This document shows positions 26,165-39,298 of a DNA stretch of 64,000 bases, one piece after another. The first letter of the stretch is position 1. Each line of letters opens with the position of its first letter. Made by a program: the position numbers and the translations under genes. The notes under the pieces were generated by a model. It made no database searches. It was not told the origin of the DNA and was given only the letters and a program-made list of their open reading frames with translations. The DNA lies in NCBI GenBank assembly GCA_951406725.2, contig OX597842.1:19220001-19284000 (forward strand), read 5' to 3'. Source of the DNA: Octopus vulgaris. Lineage: Eukaryota.

Positions 26165-26321
26165 TCGTAAAATTGAAGCTGTGGCCTTCTTAGTTTCCAG
26201 GGGAGCAAATGTTAATAAGCAGGATTCATGGAGCAACACACCTCTACATCGGGCTGTGAGGAAGAACTATGAAGATGTAGTCAAAGTCCTGTTAGGTAGC
26301 AAAGGAAATAACATTTTACAG
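26165..26321 (+). CDS. Exon 3, ankyrin (RKIEAVAFLVSRGANVNKQDSWSNTPLHRAV...)
   Basis: TTTCAG acceptor, GTTAGC donor, phase 2 to 0. Confidence 0.92.
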
Positions 26322-27177
26322 GTTAGCGAATACATTTATATTTGTGTATATAGATATGTATATATACGTATGTGTGTGTTATATGTATATGATATATACA
26401 TACAGTTTAGTGCCCCAAATTTCGTTTCTTCATAACTGATGATTCATATTATTTTAAATAAAACTTGCTGCAAGACTCCCTTTTCTACCCCACAAAAAAA
26501 CCACCCTTTCTTTAAATTTTTTTCCCCGACACAAATCCCGCTTTTCGGTTAAGGGAAATACGAATCTGCAAAAAGATTGGCAAAAATCGGCATTTTTAAA
26601 TTACCCCCACCCCTATTTCCTTCATTCTTTACTTTTTTCACAATTTTATTTTCAGAATTTGCGGGAAAATACGGAGATGATGATTCGGACAAAAATTTCA
26701 AAACATTTCTGTAGTTAGGGTTAGGGTTAGTGTTGGGGAAAAAAAGGCAAAGTTGAAGAAATTTGGAGGGGGTAGAAATTCTACGGCCGATTTTTTGGCA
26801 ATTTTCCGGAACCTCCGTGTCCGAAATCGGGGGGTTTTTGGCAAAAAAATTCTTTAAATAAACAAATTTATGAGAAAATGGTGGTGGTGGTGGGAGGACT
26901 CTTTCGAAAGTTGCTCATTTCCTTGTGTGAGAGTGTATATATATATATATGTGAGAGTGTATATATATATATATGTGTGTGTGTGTTTATATGTATATAT
27001 ATATATGTGTGTGTCTGTGGGTACAGGTATGATATGAACCTCATTTATTTACTCCTCTCCAACTTCATTCCACCTGTTTATTAATCTGATTCTTTCTCTT
27101 TTTTTGAAATTTTTCATTTTTGCCCCCCCCCTCCACTTGATGCCATCTTTAATGTCTTTATTGTTTATCTATTTCAG

Positions 27178-27788
27178 GTAACTCAGCGAAACAATGATGG
27201 TGGGACACCTCTACATCTTGCCTCTTATCATGGACACACAGACACAGCTAAACTTCTCCTACAACAAAATGGCACTGATGTGAGGGTGGTGACCAACAAT
27301 GGTTCGACACCGCTACATCTTGCCTCACTTCAGGGACACACAGACACAGCTAAACTTCTCCTACAACAAAATGGCACTGATGTGAGGGTGGTGACCAAAT
27401 ATGGTTGGACACCTCTACATCTTGCCTCACTTCATGGACACACAGACACAGCTAAACTTCTCCTACAACAAAATGGCACTGATGTGAGGGTGGTGACAAA
27501 TATGGTTGCACACCTCTACATCTTGCCTCACTTCATGGACACACAGACACAGCTAAACTTCTCCTACAACAGAATGGCACTGATGTGAGGGTGGTGACCA
27601 AATATGGTCGGACACCTCTACATCTTGCCTGTTGGGATGGACACACAGACACAGCTAAACTTCTCCTACAACAAAATGGCACTGATGTGAGGGTGGTGAC
27701 CAAATATGGTCGGACACCTCTACATCTTGCCTGTTGGGATGGACACACAGACACAGCTAAACTTCTCCTACAACAAAATGGCATCGAT
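27178..27788 (+). repeat. 102-bp coding tandem repeat, six units
   Basis: Units start at 27178, 27280, 27382, 27484, 27585 and 27687. Confidence 0.95.
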
Positions 27789-27841
27789 GCCAATGAACTG
27801 GACAAACATGGTGACACTCCCCTCCATCTGGCAGTTCAAAA
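27178..27841 (+). CDS. Exon 4, six tandem ankyrin repeats, with a 1-bp deletion at ~27497
   Basis: TTTCAG acceptor, GTAAGT donor; TPLHLA..GHTDTAKLLL x6; GTGACAAAT in unit 4 versus GTGACCAAAT in units 3, 5 and 6. Confidence 0.93.
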
Positions 27842-28626
27842 GTAAGTCCCCAATGGATTTGGATTATCCAAATCCGTTTCTTTAATGTTTTCAATAACGT
27901 TTGTTTTCTTGTTTTGAGTCATTCATGTCATAATATCACCATGGGACGTCGTGCTTCAACTCTCTCTCTCTCACACTCTAATGACACTGTAACCTACTTC
28001 ATTAATTAATCATCCTAATTATTATTGTTGCTGTTGTTACCTGACTAGATTCTTTACTTCATCTCATCCTTCGTTACCTCAACTTTACAAGTTCAAATCT
28101 TTCCTTTTCTTCTTTTCATTCCATATAAAACACCTCACCCCCTCTCTCTTATAATTTTCCTCTTTCCTCTGACCCTGGTCTAAATGCAGAATCATTCCCT
28201 TACAGTGTTTAGTTTGATCTGTTTATGTTGCAGGTTCAAATCCTGCCAGAGTATTTATTAACAACCTGGAGTGAAAATCTGTACCAGTAATATCCAGGGG
28301 TTCATTTAATAAATTGTCCTCCCTCTTTTCTCCTGTTTTTGTGTCTGATTGCTGTTGGGCAAAATACCTTGTGGTATTTATTTACCACACTTTATGTTCA
28401 AAGTTCAAATCCTGCTGAGGTCACCATGTCCTTCCATCTTTGCTAGGCTAATAAAATACAATACCAGTCATGTACTGGGGTCCTTATAATCCACATTAAT
28501 GCCTCTCCCCATCCTAAATTTCATGGCTATATAACAGTTGTTCATCATACCATATATAGATTGCCGTGTTTACTCAGGTGTGTATATATATCGTTGATCT
28601 ATAATGTAGAGAGTATATCGAATATA

Positions 28627-29168
28627 CGAGGGGGTACCCAAAAGTGGCCGGAAACGTTTCTGTAGGGCAAGGCCATTGAAGTTCAGGCTTCTGCTGCTAG
28701 AAGCCACTTGATGCAATACTCAGGCATCATCCTGCCAAGCGGCATCTTCGAGGATGGTGCTGTTACCATGTGGTGCATCTTTGTTTTGCAGGGCTTCTCC
28801 CCTGTTCGAGTTTTGCAATGGCTGAAATGAAGGATCAGCTTGCTTCCATAAAATTCTGTTTTCTGCTGGAGAAAACGGCAGCCGAAACAGTTGTCATGCT
28901 TCAAACAGTTTACGAGGACACTGCCATGATGCCACGAGCAAAACACAAGATCATGAGTGGTTTTCATGCTTTTCGAATGGTCACTTGTCACTTGAGGTCC
29001 AACCTCATTCAGGGCAGTTCCAGCACTGCTACAAATAGTGGAAAACATGTCTGGGTCGATGCAGTGCTTCAAATGGGGACTACTTTGACGGTGATAATAG
29101 TGTTAATACGTAAAACTAAGCAAAGAAAATAATATTGCAAAATTCTGGGTCCTTCTGGGTCCCCACCT

Positions 29169-29170
<2 letters not shown>
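28627..29170 (+). mobile_element. Internally deleted mariner-type transposon
   Basis: TA-CGAGGGGGTACCCAAAAG...CTTCTGGGTCCCCACCTCT-TA, with the transposase N-terminus QLASIKFCFLLEKTAAETVVML. Confidence 0.75.
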
Positions 29171-29211
<41 letters not shown>

Positions 29212-29505
29212 ATGAGGGTGTCTGAGAGACACCACCATGCCGAAATAGCAGTCGAAACTCTGACTATAAAAACCACGTTAAATGTTCATATCGTTATTAT
29301 ATTCACTGCAGTGTTTATTTTAACCATATCGTGCTTATGGGGTGTTTTGGCGGGCAATTTAACTGGCCGTGTGCATACGTACATATGACACCCTCATTTT
29401 TAATTGTTAAAAAAAAAATTATTACCTTTGTACGGTATTTTTTCCCATGGTGGCCACTTGATAATATCGATATTTAAATATCGATATTATCCTCATTTAT
29501 AAATT

Positions 29506-29536
<31 letters not shown>

Positions 29537-29632
29537 TTATATTAAAGGGTAAAATCATAAATAATTTTTACTAAGTGGTCAGTGCGGAAATATAACCCAT
29601 AGGTAAATTTTTATAAACATTTTATAATTATA

Positions 29633-30026
29633 CTAGCAGTATCGCCCGGCGTTGCTCGGGTTGTAAGGGAAATAACTATATAAGCATTTTTAGAGAGTTA
29701 TAGCCAAAAAATAGCAAAAAAATGCATTAAAAATTGAAAAAAAATTAAGGTAAATTTTTTTTTAAATCGTTGACACATCGTAGATATTTTTAGAGAGTTA
29801 CTTCCCTTATATAAAAGCGAAAAAAATGCATTAAAATGGAAAAATATGATAGTGAATTTTTTTAAAATCGTCGACTCATCATAGATGTGCGCTAATACCC
29901 AGAAGGGCTCGATATGAATCACGACTATAAGATACCCGCTTTTGGTTAAACTGCACCGCAAATGTGGGAGTAGTTACGAATCTAAATCGTAGGAGACAGA
30001 CACACAACTTCACTCTTATATAAAGA
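29633..30026 (-). mobile_element. Non-autonomous Helitron-like element
   Basis: On the minus strand: 5' TC start, 3' GC-rich hairpin (CCCGAGCAACGCCGGG) and CTAG end; related copy at 63163. Confidence 0.7.
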
Positions 30027-30941
30027 TGCTTTTTTTTTCAGTCATAGAGTTAGATTTATGAAGGTCTTCAGTAGAAAATCCTTCGAATTCTGACTCGCTG
30101 CTTGATATAATGAAATTTGTATCCATTTTTTGTAAGAATTACAAATTTTGAAAACACAATAGGAACAAATTTTGGAAAAAAATCTCCGATAATTCACGGA
30201 ATTAAAATTACACTTCGATTTTTGTACAAAACTGTATTTGAAGTGTTTACGAAGTATAACACGTGTTTTCACGAATATACTGAAGAGATTTACTCTGATA
30301 TTCTCATTTAAATATGAATAGGTAAATTCGGGCGGTTTGGTAACGAAAGGGTTTATATAAGTGTCGTCTGTTTATACATAAACACTGTTTCATACTTTCA
30401 GTTTAGTCTTCCTCAAATCACTCTGTCGCTAATTTACTCTCTTCCAAGAACATTTTCACTCACTGTTATCTGTTAGCTTCCCATACATTTTACTCATGTA
30501 TCTATCAGCGTGATAGACAGAAACAAATATTACATCTAGTTTCACTTTATTCGTTGCACACTGTGTGTGTGCGTTTGCGTGTGCTGTAAACCAGACTAAG
30601 AAAAGCATTTGACACACACACCAGAATGTGAGTTTTCTGTAAATTTTGCTTAATTGGAGTTTAAATTTTAAAAACTGGACCTGGCATGACCCGATGCATT
30701 CTACTCTTAAAAATGCTAGGTAAATTGTAATTGAAGAAATCCTATATTGTAGATTTCTATAACTTACAAAGGGAGGCAGATAAAATCTGCCTTTTATAAT
30801 AAGAGATACATAATTATAACAAGGGCTTGGCTTGCTCCTCACCACGCACTGAAAAATAGACGTGAAATACACTATTACCACCATTAATTCTCCAGAAAAA
30901 CACAGTACATGTGTTATAATTATGTATATAATTGTATAATG

Positions 30942-31001
<60 letters not shown>

Positions 31002-31002
31002 G

Positions 31003-31049
<47 letters not shown>

Positions 31050-31235
31050 AGGATCCAAGGATTGAGATGTAGGAAGGTGAGCTTCAAACAATCCATAGAA
31101 AATGTAAGAAACAACTTTCAGGAACAAAAGGGGTTTATTGGGGTACAAGGTTGTTGGTTTTTCCCTTACCGTATCTTCTGTGTTTGAACATGTTCCTCCT
31201 ATTGACAGTGTAAACTTCATTTAATCAAGACACCC

Positions 31236-31323
31236 TTGGTCTGAAGAGTAGCCTGTGGTATACACCCCGTTTGGATATTTACCAGTTCTGATGTTCCACC
31301 TGCTTTGAAACATATGTAGCCCA
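31236..31323 (+). ncRNA. Type I hammerhead ribozyme motif, intronic and in sense orientation
   Basis: TGGT-CTGAAGA(31241)-long stem II-GAAA(31307)-CATATG-TA-GCC; stems are imperfect. Confidence 0.55.
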
Positions 31324-31347
31324 GATTTTATCTACTCCATTCCTTAA

Positions 31348-31400
<53 letters not shown>

Positions 31401-31528
31401 GTATAATGTGTATTTGTGTGTATGTAATTATTGATGTAATTAGGTTATAATGACCTAATTACTTTTGTTTTCATTGGTTAATCTAATAATAATAATTGTT
31501 TTTCCTCTCCTCTTTGTATAACTTTCAG

Positions 31529-31565
31529 GCAACACTATGGTGTGGTATCGTTGATGCTGGCCCAG
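31529..31565 (+). CDS. Exon 5, 37-nt mini-exon (QHYGVVSLMLAQ)
   Basis: TTTCAG acceptor, GTTAGT donor, phase 2 to 0; completes an ankyrin helix. Confidence 0.85.
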
Positions 31566-31877
31566 GTTAGTTAAAAAATACATATTATATCCTCTCTCTA
31601 GTATTCAATATTTATATCATCAAAATACCAGTGAAAATCTGGGGGTAGATTTAATCAACTGCACTGCAGCAGCCTTTACATAGCAGGTCTTGGGTCTGTG
31701 AAGAATAATTATGTTGGTAATAACAATGATGATAGTAGTAGTGGTGATGACAGTCCAACTGACCACCACTGCTGATAGTACTATCTTTAATGGTCAGACA
31801 AAACAAGATCATTATGAATTCAACCCATATATATATCAGATTATATATATCATCATCAACCACTCTGCCATATGCCC

Positions 31878-32145
31878 GTGGGCATATGGCATAGTGGTTA
31901 ATAGTACAGGCTACTAACCCCAAGATTCCGAGTTCAGTTCCAGGCAGTGACTTGAATAATAATAACAATAATAATAATAATAATAATAACAACAACATTG
32001 AAAAATACCTTTGGAATGAGAACATAGGTTCGAAATTTCCTCAAGACACCTGGCAAAGGCTGGAGGGTATATCAGCCGAAACATTGTGTTAACAACAAAC
32101 AAGATGAGGACAAATATCCATCAAATGTAAATAATGTAAATAATG
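31878..32145 (+). mobile_element. Second tRNA-derived SINE family with internal (AAT)n
   Basis: TGGCATAGTGG A-box, GAGTTCAGTTCC B-box and a TGTAAATAA repeat tail. Confidence 0.7.
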
Positions 32146-32844
32146 ATGATCATCATCTTTTAATGTCTGTCTCTCATGTTGCGTGTGTGTGTGTAAATTG
32201 TTGGTGTCTGCATTTTATCTTGTGTCCAATAATTTATTTGGCTTCTTGGCTGCTTTTTTCCCTCTGCACGTATGTATAAATGTGTGTGTATATATGTATA
32301 TATATATATATGTATACCCAGAAAGAGAGTTACTCTTGTCAGACACATTGCACACTCAGATTATGCAGCAGAGATAAGTTAAAGGTCCTTGTCCCCAGCA
32401 GCAAAGCTAAATGAGGGCATGCTGAACTCAGTGCCTATTGCTTCGTTAATCCCTTATCATCAGTACATGATGCATCAACTTCCCCTTCTCCTCTCTCTGT
32501 GCCTAACTCAACAGATTGACTACCCTTACTGTATTTGTCTACCTAACTTATTTACCTTTATTTGTATTAACATGGCTTTGCATGAATGCCGGGATGCAAC
32601 ACCCTCCACTGTTGGTGGTGACAATACCTGATTAACTCCTCTTTACAGGTATCCATACGAACACCTCTGTGCTAATGCCAGCACAACACCCACGTCCAGT
32701 GGTGTTAGCAAGCGTTACATGAATGATGCAGGATTAAATGCAAGGACAACTGCTAATGACATGCTGGCAGGAAAATGCTAATAACAACCTTTTCAGATGC
32801 TGATAGCTGCAGCCAATGTAGACACAGCACTGTCGATGTAAGCA

Positions 32845-33290
32845 CATATTCATCAGGTAGCCCTGACTGAGGGTCATAAGCCAAGATAATGGTTGCTAAT
32901 CCATGTTGCAGCACTAATCTAAACTTCAGTATTCCATCACAGACTCTGACTATCTCGATTACCTTATCAGCCCATTTCTCTGCAAGAAGTATACTCATGC
33001 CCCCGACTCCATCAGTGTTCCCTACCCAGAAAATCTTATACTTATGTTCTTTGCCTGTGAGGAACCTAGGAGAACTTCCTCTCCATCTTCTTGGATGCAG
33101 CACAAATCTACACATCTCTGTTCAAGCATGTTAACAATCTCACCAGACCTACCTTTCAGTGTGCCGACGTTGAGAGTACTAACCCTGAGGGTGTTGAAGA
33201 TATGGGTCCATGAGACCCTGGGATGGGGGACAGCAGCATCATGTACCTGAAAAGAAAGCTTGCATTTGGCAGAACCCATAAACATACAAT
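32845..33290 (-). pseudogene. Old RTE 5' fragment (endonuclease N-terminus)
   Basis: RVSTLNVGTLKGRSGEIVNMLEQRCVDLCCIQE and [15 protein letters not shown]; frameshifted. Confidence 0.85.
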
Positions 33291-33391
33291 AGTCTTCAAC
33301 CTGCAAACACTACACCATCATTTTATGCACTACATCATCACTACATTACATAGGAGATAAACCCTATATATATTATATGTATATATGTGTA

Positions 33392-33437
<46 letters not shown>

Positions 33438-33654
33438 AAATTAAAATCAAAATGTGGGTGAAAGATTGGATATTAATTTAATAACATCAATTTAACACCA
33501 GTGGTCTAGTGTATAAAAAACTGAGATTCAGTAAATGATTTTCTGGAGAACAATTCTTAGTGGTTGAGAGCTATGCAGATCTCTTTTTAGCGCAATGGCT
33601 TCCACATAGTGGTTCCCTCATATTTATGTATAAAATACTATTTACTGAATCTCA

Positions 33655-33704
<50 letters not shown>

Positions 33705-33974
33705 GTATGTATGTATTGGGATTGTATCACCAATTATTATGACATGATACTGTTTATACTATAACCTTGTAGTAACAATAAAACATATTACGGATCAGGG
33801 TAACAACAACAATCCATACACAAACCAACAAACAATGAAAACAACACCTTACGACTTCCTGCAATTAACACCTACTCTCTCTGGTCTCTCACTCAGACTG
33901 CTACTATTCATAGTCGTTCAGTCAAGTCTGTTCTTGCACGCGTTCTTGTGACTCTCGCCACAACATGTAATCGA

Positions 33975-34252
33975 GTCCAGGACTTATTCTACGTAAGCCT
34001 AGTACTTATTCTGTTGATCCTTTTTGCCAAATCGCTAGCAATTGTTAAGCAATGTTGGGAGGACAAACACAGACACACAGACACACACACACATACGATG
34101 GGCTTCTTTCAGTTTTTGTCTACCAAATCCACTCACAAGGCTTTGGCCAGTCCGAGATGATAGTACAAGACACTTGCTCAAGGTGCCATGCAGTGGGACT
34201 AAACGCGGAATCATGTGGTTGGTAAGCAAGCTATTTACCATAGCCACTCCTG
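33975..34252 (-). mobile_element. Diverged SINE (main family)
   Basis: Similarity to head and tail. Confidence 0.75.
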
Positions 34253-34255
34253 TAC

Positions 34256-34297
<42 letters not shown>

Positions 34298-34631
34298 AAA
34301 TATATCTATATATATATGTTTGTGTGTATCTCACTTCCATAATATTCATGTATATGTGTGTGTATGTACAGGAATGTTAAGGATGTGGACACTAACCAAC
34401 TCACCTGTTTTATGAACCCCTTATTAATATAGCAACATCATAATTCTTCTTTACTAGTTTTGATCTGCTAATTATATGTTCACTCTTGTTCTGCTCCCCT
34501 AAAATTTACTATAGTGAGAGATAAATATAGATTAGGCTGAAACAATCTGTTTAAGACCTCTTAATAGATTTATCATGTCCCTAACACATATCCCATGTAC
34601 ATTTTCAATTTCTATTTTTACTTCCACAAAG

Positions 34632-34844
34632 GATTCAGTGAAACTGGATATTGGGAATCATAACAAAATGACACCATTGCTGGAAGCCGTGTCCAGGACC
34701 CACCTCGGAATAATCCATAAACTTATTATACATGGTGCAAATATTAATGCTGTCGACAATGATGGCAATAATTGTTTGCACCTCTCCATAATAAAGAAAG
34801 AGATGTTCCATTCTGAGGTGGAACCCATTCCCATTTTAGATGAG
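34632..34844 (+). CDS. Exon 6, ankyrin (DSVKLDIGNHNKMTPLLEAV...DNDGNNCLHL...)
   Basis: AAG acceptor, GTAAGT donor, 213 nt, phase 0 to 0. Confidence 0.9.
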
Positions 34845-35619
34845 GTAAGTTTTTAAAATTGTTTGTGAATATGTGTGTGTGGTTGGCATTAGGAAGGGCA
34901 TGCAACCATAGAAACTATGCCAAAACTGGCAATTGGTGCCTGAGCAGCTCTGCAGCTGCCCAGCTTCTGCCAAACTATCCAACCCATGCCAGCATAGAAA
35001 ACGAATGTAAAATGATGATGAGGAGGATGTGTGTATGTGTGAGTGAGAGAAAGAGAGAAACAGGCAGACATTGTTTGCTATTTTCTTTCACTCCCATCCA
35101 CTTCTCTTCCTTTAGTATTAAATAATTCAGTTTCTCCTGATAGCACTAGTTGTATTATGTAACTAACAATATTCCATCTTCTTTCACCTTCAAAAGCATG
35201 GCCACTCCACTGTAAAGAAGGTAACCCGTCTTAAATATGTGTCATGTAAACACTGCCATCACTGTATGAAGGAGAGGTGACCAACGACAGAGATAAGTCT
35301 TTAAATTTAAGAAAGAGAAATTCACAAACTGTTTTAAATATCGAATTTCAAGTTAAACGAGTTGAACTGTGTTAATTGCTAGAAAGCATATTTCATTATT
35401 CTTTTTCAAAGAAAGGAAAAGGAAAATAAATTCGTTTATGGACAATTAAATTTAAAGAAAATAAATTCATGGACTTCGAAGAAAGTTTCTTTTATCAGCA
35501 TGATAATGAATATATAACTGAGTTTATTCAAAGTTGATAATTAGGGTTCCAAATATTGCCAGGGCTTGGACTTTATGTGTATATTGACTACAGTAATACC
35601 CCTTGCAATGATTGTAAAG

Positions 35620-35861
35620 AAGGGAGATGTGATGAGAATGAATTTACATTAAGATGTGTGCACAAAAGTGTAATGTCCCGAGATTGTATGTATGACGATG
35701 TAACTAGACAGATAGTCATAGAGGCCCTTTGTTACCAACAAAGATAGAAGCTCTCTGAAGTTTGCCCTGCTTAATCTTATTCTAGCAGCTATGCTCTTGG
35801 CGCATCCACCTCCACTACTGACTTGATTACCTAGATGACAGTAGCTATCAACTACTTCTAG

Positions 35862-35865
<4 letters not shown>
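35620..35865 (-). pseudogene. Old RTE RT C-terminal fragment
   Basis: [29 protein letters not shown] matches the intact RTE ORF. Confidence 0.8.
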
Positions 35866-35913
<48 letters not shown>

Positions 35914-36921
35914 TTGTTTGTTTGAAAGACCTCAGCATCTATCTACTGGTAGATCTGATGGTGTTTATTGTCTATTGTTGCAGAATTTAAGCAACTCTTT
36001 GATTCCCAAATATGTAACGGTCACTACAGATGTGTGACTATTTCAGACAGTTGATGGTCACCTATGTATTGTTGTAATGTCTTCTTTGGTGAGAAGAAGC
36101 TACTCTAGCAGTCAACAACCCATTATTATAGGAATTGTCTATCAGACTAACAGTTTCAACAATTTCTTGACTATAATGTGTTGGTGTGTTGCCTCAACCA
36201 CCATGCCAATCTTTACTTCACTTCATCAGCCAAAAATGTTTCTTTATAAATTTTGGAAACATTATTGATATGCTTGGATATGTCTGTCTGGTGTTGGTTT
36301 TGTTGCTGTGTCTGAAGAAATTATTATGTTCTTGGTGTTCTCTGTTCATTGTTTGTTGTTATGGAAATGAGTTGCACTTAGTGACCAGTGAAACGTTTCC
36401 CAATCAATATTTGGATTATCGAAATTACCAGTAGGAAAATATGGGTGACTGCTTTCATAGATGCAGATCTGAAGATGTCAAAAATCTGAGTTTTGATGGC
36501 AGTTTTGCAGATGGTAAACAAATTCAAGTAGGAGTATATATGTTGTTAAAAAAATACTTCTTGTTGCGACCAGTTAAAATCTCCCCAAGGAATTACAGAA
36601 AATCTTGAGTGACCATAGACCATCACACGACCCCCATGGTAATTAGAATGGCCTTTGTGTAAAAAAATGTAGCTTGCCATTGTTTGTTGTTATGTTGTTG
36701 TGTTATATTTATATATACAATACTCTTCCATAAGTATTTCTTTTGTTATGGCCAGTTGGCTTTATCAAGCCAGTTGTAAAGATAGGTTCTTGTTGGTTTG
36801 TTGTGTTCTGTTATTTGTGATACTTGTTCCATTATATTTCCTACATTTGACATGATTTGTTTATCTACAATATATATTTGTGTAATATTCTACTGATCGT
36901 TTTATATTTCATCATTTGCAG

Positions 36922-37097
36922 TGCTGCAGAGAGCTCCAACTGGACATGGATAGGAGGCTCTCTGGAATAGTAGTTTTGAGTTATCTTGCCAGCCAAGGAG
37001 CCAGCTTATACCATCGTAATGATGAGAAAGTGACCCCATTGGACTGCATAGAAAATCAACATTTGAAAGAAAAATTAAAAACATTTTTACAATCACT
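36922..37097 (+). CDS. Exon 7 (CCRELQ...YLASQGASLYHRNDEKVTPLDC...)
   Basis: TTGCAG acceptor, GTAAGT donor, phase 0 to 2; resembles the last Mind-bomb ankyrin. Confidence 0.9.
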
Positions 37098-38088
37098 GTA
37101 AGTACTCACTGGCAACGCCAAGATAAACCAGGACATTTTCTTTTTTGTATATAATCATGTTTATATGTTTATTTAGTTTGAATTCTCCCATTGTATTATT
37201 CCGTCATTAGTGTCTTGACTCAAGACAACAATAATGATTTCAATTCTGGCACAAGGCCAGCAAGGTCAGGGAGGGGATAAGTCAATTACAACAGCCCCAG
37301 TTTTCAACTGGTACTTATTTCATCAACATCAAGGTAAAGTCAACCGCAGCTGAATTTGAACTCAGCATGTAAAGGCAGACGAAATGCCAGAAAGCATTTT
37401 GATCTGTGTGCTAATGATTCTGCCAGCTTGCAGCCTTAAGACCACACAACAATAATAAGAACAATAAACAGAAAATACAGTTGTTAGTGGATCAAACGAA
37501 AAACACTATTTTGATGACATTCACATGATTGCTTGTGTTGACTGATATACCTCACCATCCACCCCTGACTATTTTAGAGTTCGGTGACCTCCATGAAAAT
37601 GTAGTACTAAATAATAAAGTGAATGAACACATTTTGAAATTGCTATTGAGAAGTAAATAGGATTTATCTGTCTACCAACAATTTTTTCTCTTTCTCTCTC
37701 TTCTCTGATTCAATCAGTTGTCATGTACGCTTTCATGTGAAAATAACCTAAAACACACACTAACAATGTGTATGTCATCATCATCATCATTTAAAGTCTG
37801 TTGTCCATGCTGGCATGGATTGGACTGTTTGACTGGGATGGCATGTTGGAAGGCTGCACCTTAGTCAGCCTTTGATATTTTCAGCCCACCCTTGTATGTG
37901 TATGTTAATGTGACGCTTGTATACACACAAATCTGCTTGTATGTAATTGTTTACAGAAGAATTTACGATGTACTCTTGCTGGTTACTGTTGTGCCCCTTA
38001 ATATTCTGTACTCTAAATATGTCCACAACGAAATATTTTATTATAAATGAATGTTAATGATGGGATGTGTTAATATTTTGTTCCACAG

Positions 38089-38231
38089 GTGTCGGTGGTG
38101 TCAAGAGAAAAAGGCTACTGTCACACTCCATCCATGTCAACATACTGTTATTTGTCAGAATTGCTGTTCTCAACTGGCATTTAAGCAATGCCCCATATGT
38201 CGACAACACATACTCCGGAAAAGTGGATTTG
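38089..38231 (+). CDS. Exon 8, RING finger C3HC4
   Basis: CRWC-x11-CQH-x3-CQNC-x8-CPIC; CACAG acceptor, GTAAGA donor, phase 2 to 1. Confidence 0.93.
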
Positions 38232-38515
38232 GTAAGAACATTCTTTCTTGATCTGTCTGTTGTCTCATTAACTTTCTGATATGGAATAATGCACTTCATA
38301 TTGTAGTGGAGACATGCAACTCCTTGTTTGTAATAATATATGATTAACACTTGTTATAATGTTTGCCATCCTTTTAGACATTTTATACTCACACTCGTTA
38401 GTTTTTAGATGTGATTAATGCTAAAAGAGACATTGTTTTCTGACTCTTTCACCTTTTGGCTTTACTTTTGAGTTGATTCGTTTTAATTCGAACATGAAGC
38501 CTGGTCATTGCTCCA

Positions 38516-38752
38516 AGGTAGTATCAGAAAGTTCACGGACTAGTTCTGAAGCATGCCAACAGATGGCAGCACACGGTTGCGTGCACAGTGAGAGCTAGCA
38601 GTGACTTTCATGAGGCGGTGTGCTGGGTGACACCACTGTGTTTACTTAAAAAGTTGTGAAATTTGTGCTTTTGTGGTCATTTGTAGGCTGTAGTCTGCAA
38701 TTTTCTAATGGGCAGGAACAAATAACCAATGTGAAATTTTGTGTTAAACTTG
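38516..38752 (+). mobile_element. mariner-like 5' fragment
   Basis: TIR-like AGGTAGTATCAGAAAGTTCACGGACT and the ..NVKFCVKL remnant. Confidence 0.45.
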
Positions 38753-39080
38753 TCCAGCAAAGACATAAGAAAGAAACAACAAAACTAAGAGAAAAAGAGT
38801 GTTATGAAGTGATAACTAAGTGAGAGAATTTCAGAATTGTTAGATTAGTATATAGGACGTCCTAAGAGAAAGATGAGATTTAGAAAGGTTTGCCTATTTT
38901 GTTGTGGTTCTAAATATTGAACTATTATATAGTAACAGCTTAGAAAGTGTTGACCGAAAGCATAGTGGTCACCAATTGACTATTGATGATATGAATGCCT
39001 TACAATAATGGAATATAGATTATTAAAAGAGACAAAGAAATTTTACTATGAAGTATAAAACTTTGAAATGCTTATTTCAG

Positions 39081-39131
39081 TGTGTCCAAAGTTTGAAGAA
39101 GAAGCAACCCAGGCAGTTGCAGAGTCTGTTG
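39081..39131 (+). CDS. Exon 9, 51-nt symmetric mini-exon (CPKFEEEATQAVAESV)
   Basis: TATTTCAG acceptor, GTGAGT donor, phase 1 to 1. Confidence 0.75.
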
Positions 39132-39246
39132 GTGAGTATAAAATAACTGTAATTGATTTCTATAAATTTTACCTTCACCTGAGATATATTATTTGTGTGA
39201 ATGTCTGAGAACAGGTTCCATTCCTAATTTCCAATTCTTATTTCAG

Positions 39247-39298
39247 AGTGTCCAAGGTGTAGAGAAAAAAACAGTCAAGATGGTTGTAGAATCTTTTG
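39247..39298 (+). pseudogene. 52-nt duplicate of exon 9, frameshifting if included
   Basis: Same splice context as exon 9; aligns to it with one extra base. Confidence 0.6.

Noticed and set aside
26714-26730. GTTAGGGTTAGGGTTAG telomere-like motif
   Set aside because: Under three units, inside an apparent repeat element; too short to call an interstitial telomere
29203-29405. Inverted repeat with a GAAATAGCAGTC half-hammerhead
   Set aside because: Only the 3' half of the core is convincing, so no ribozyme is called
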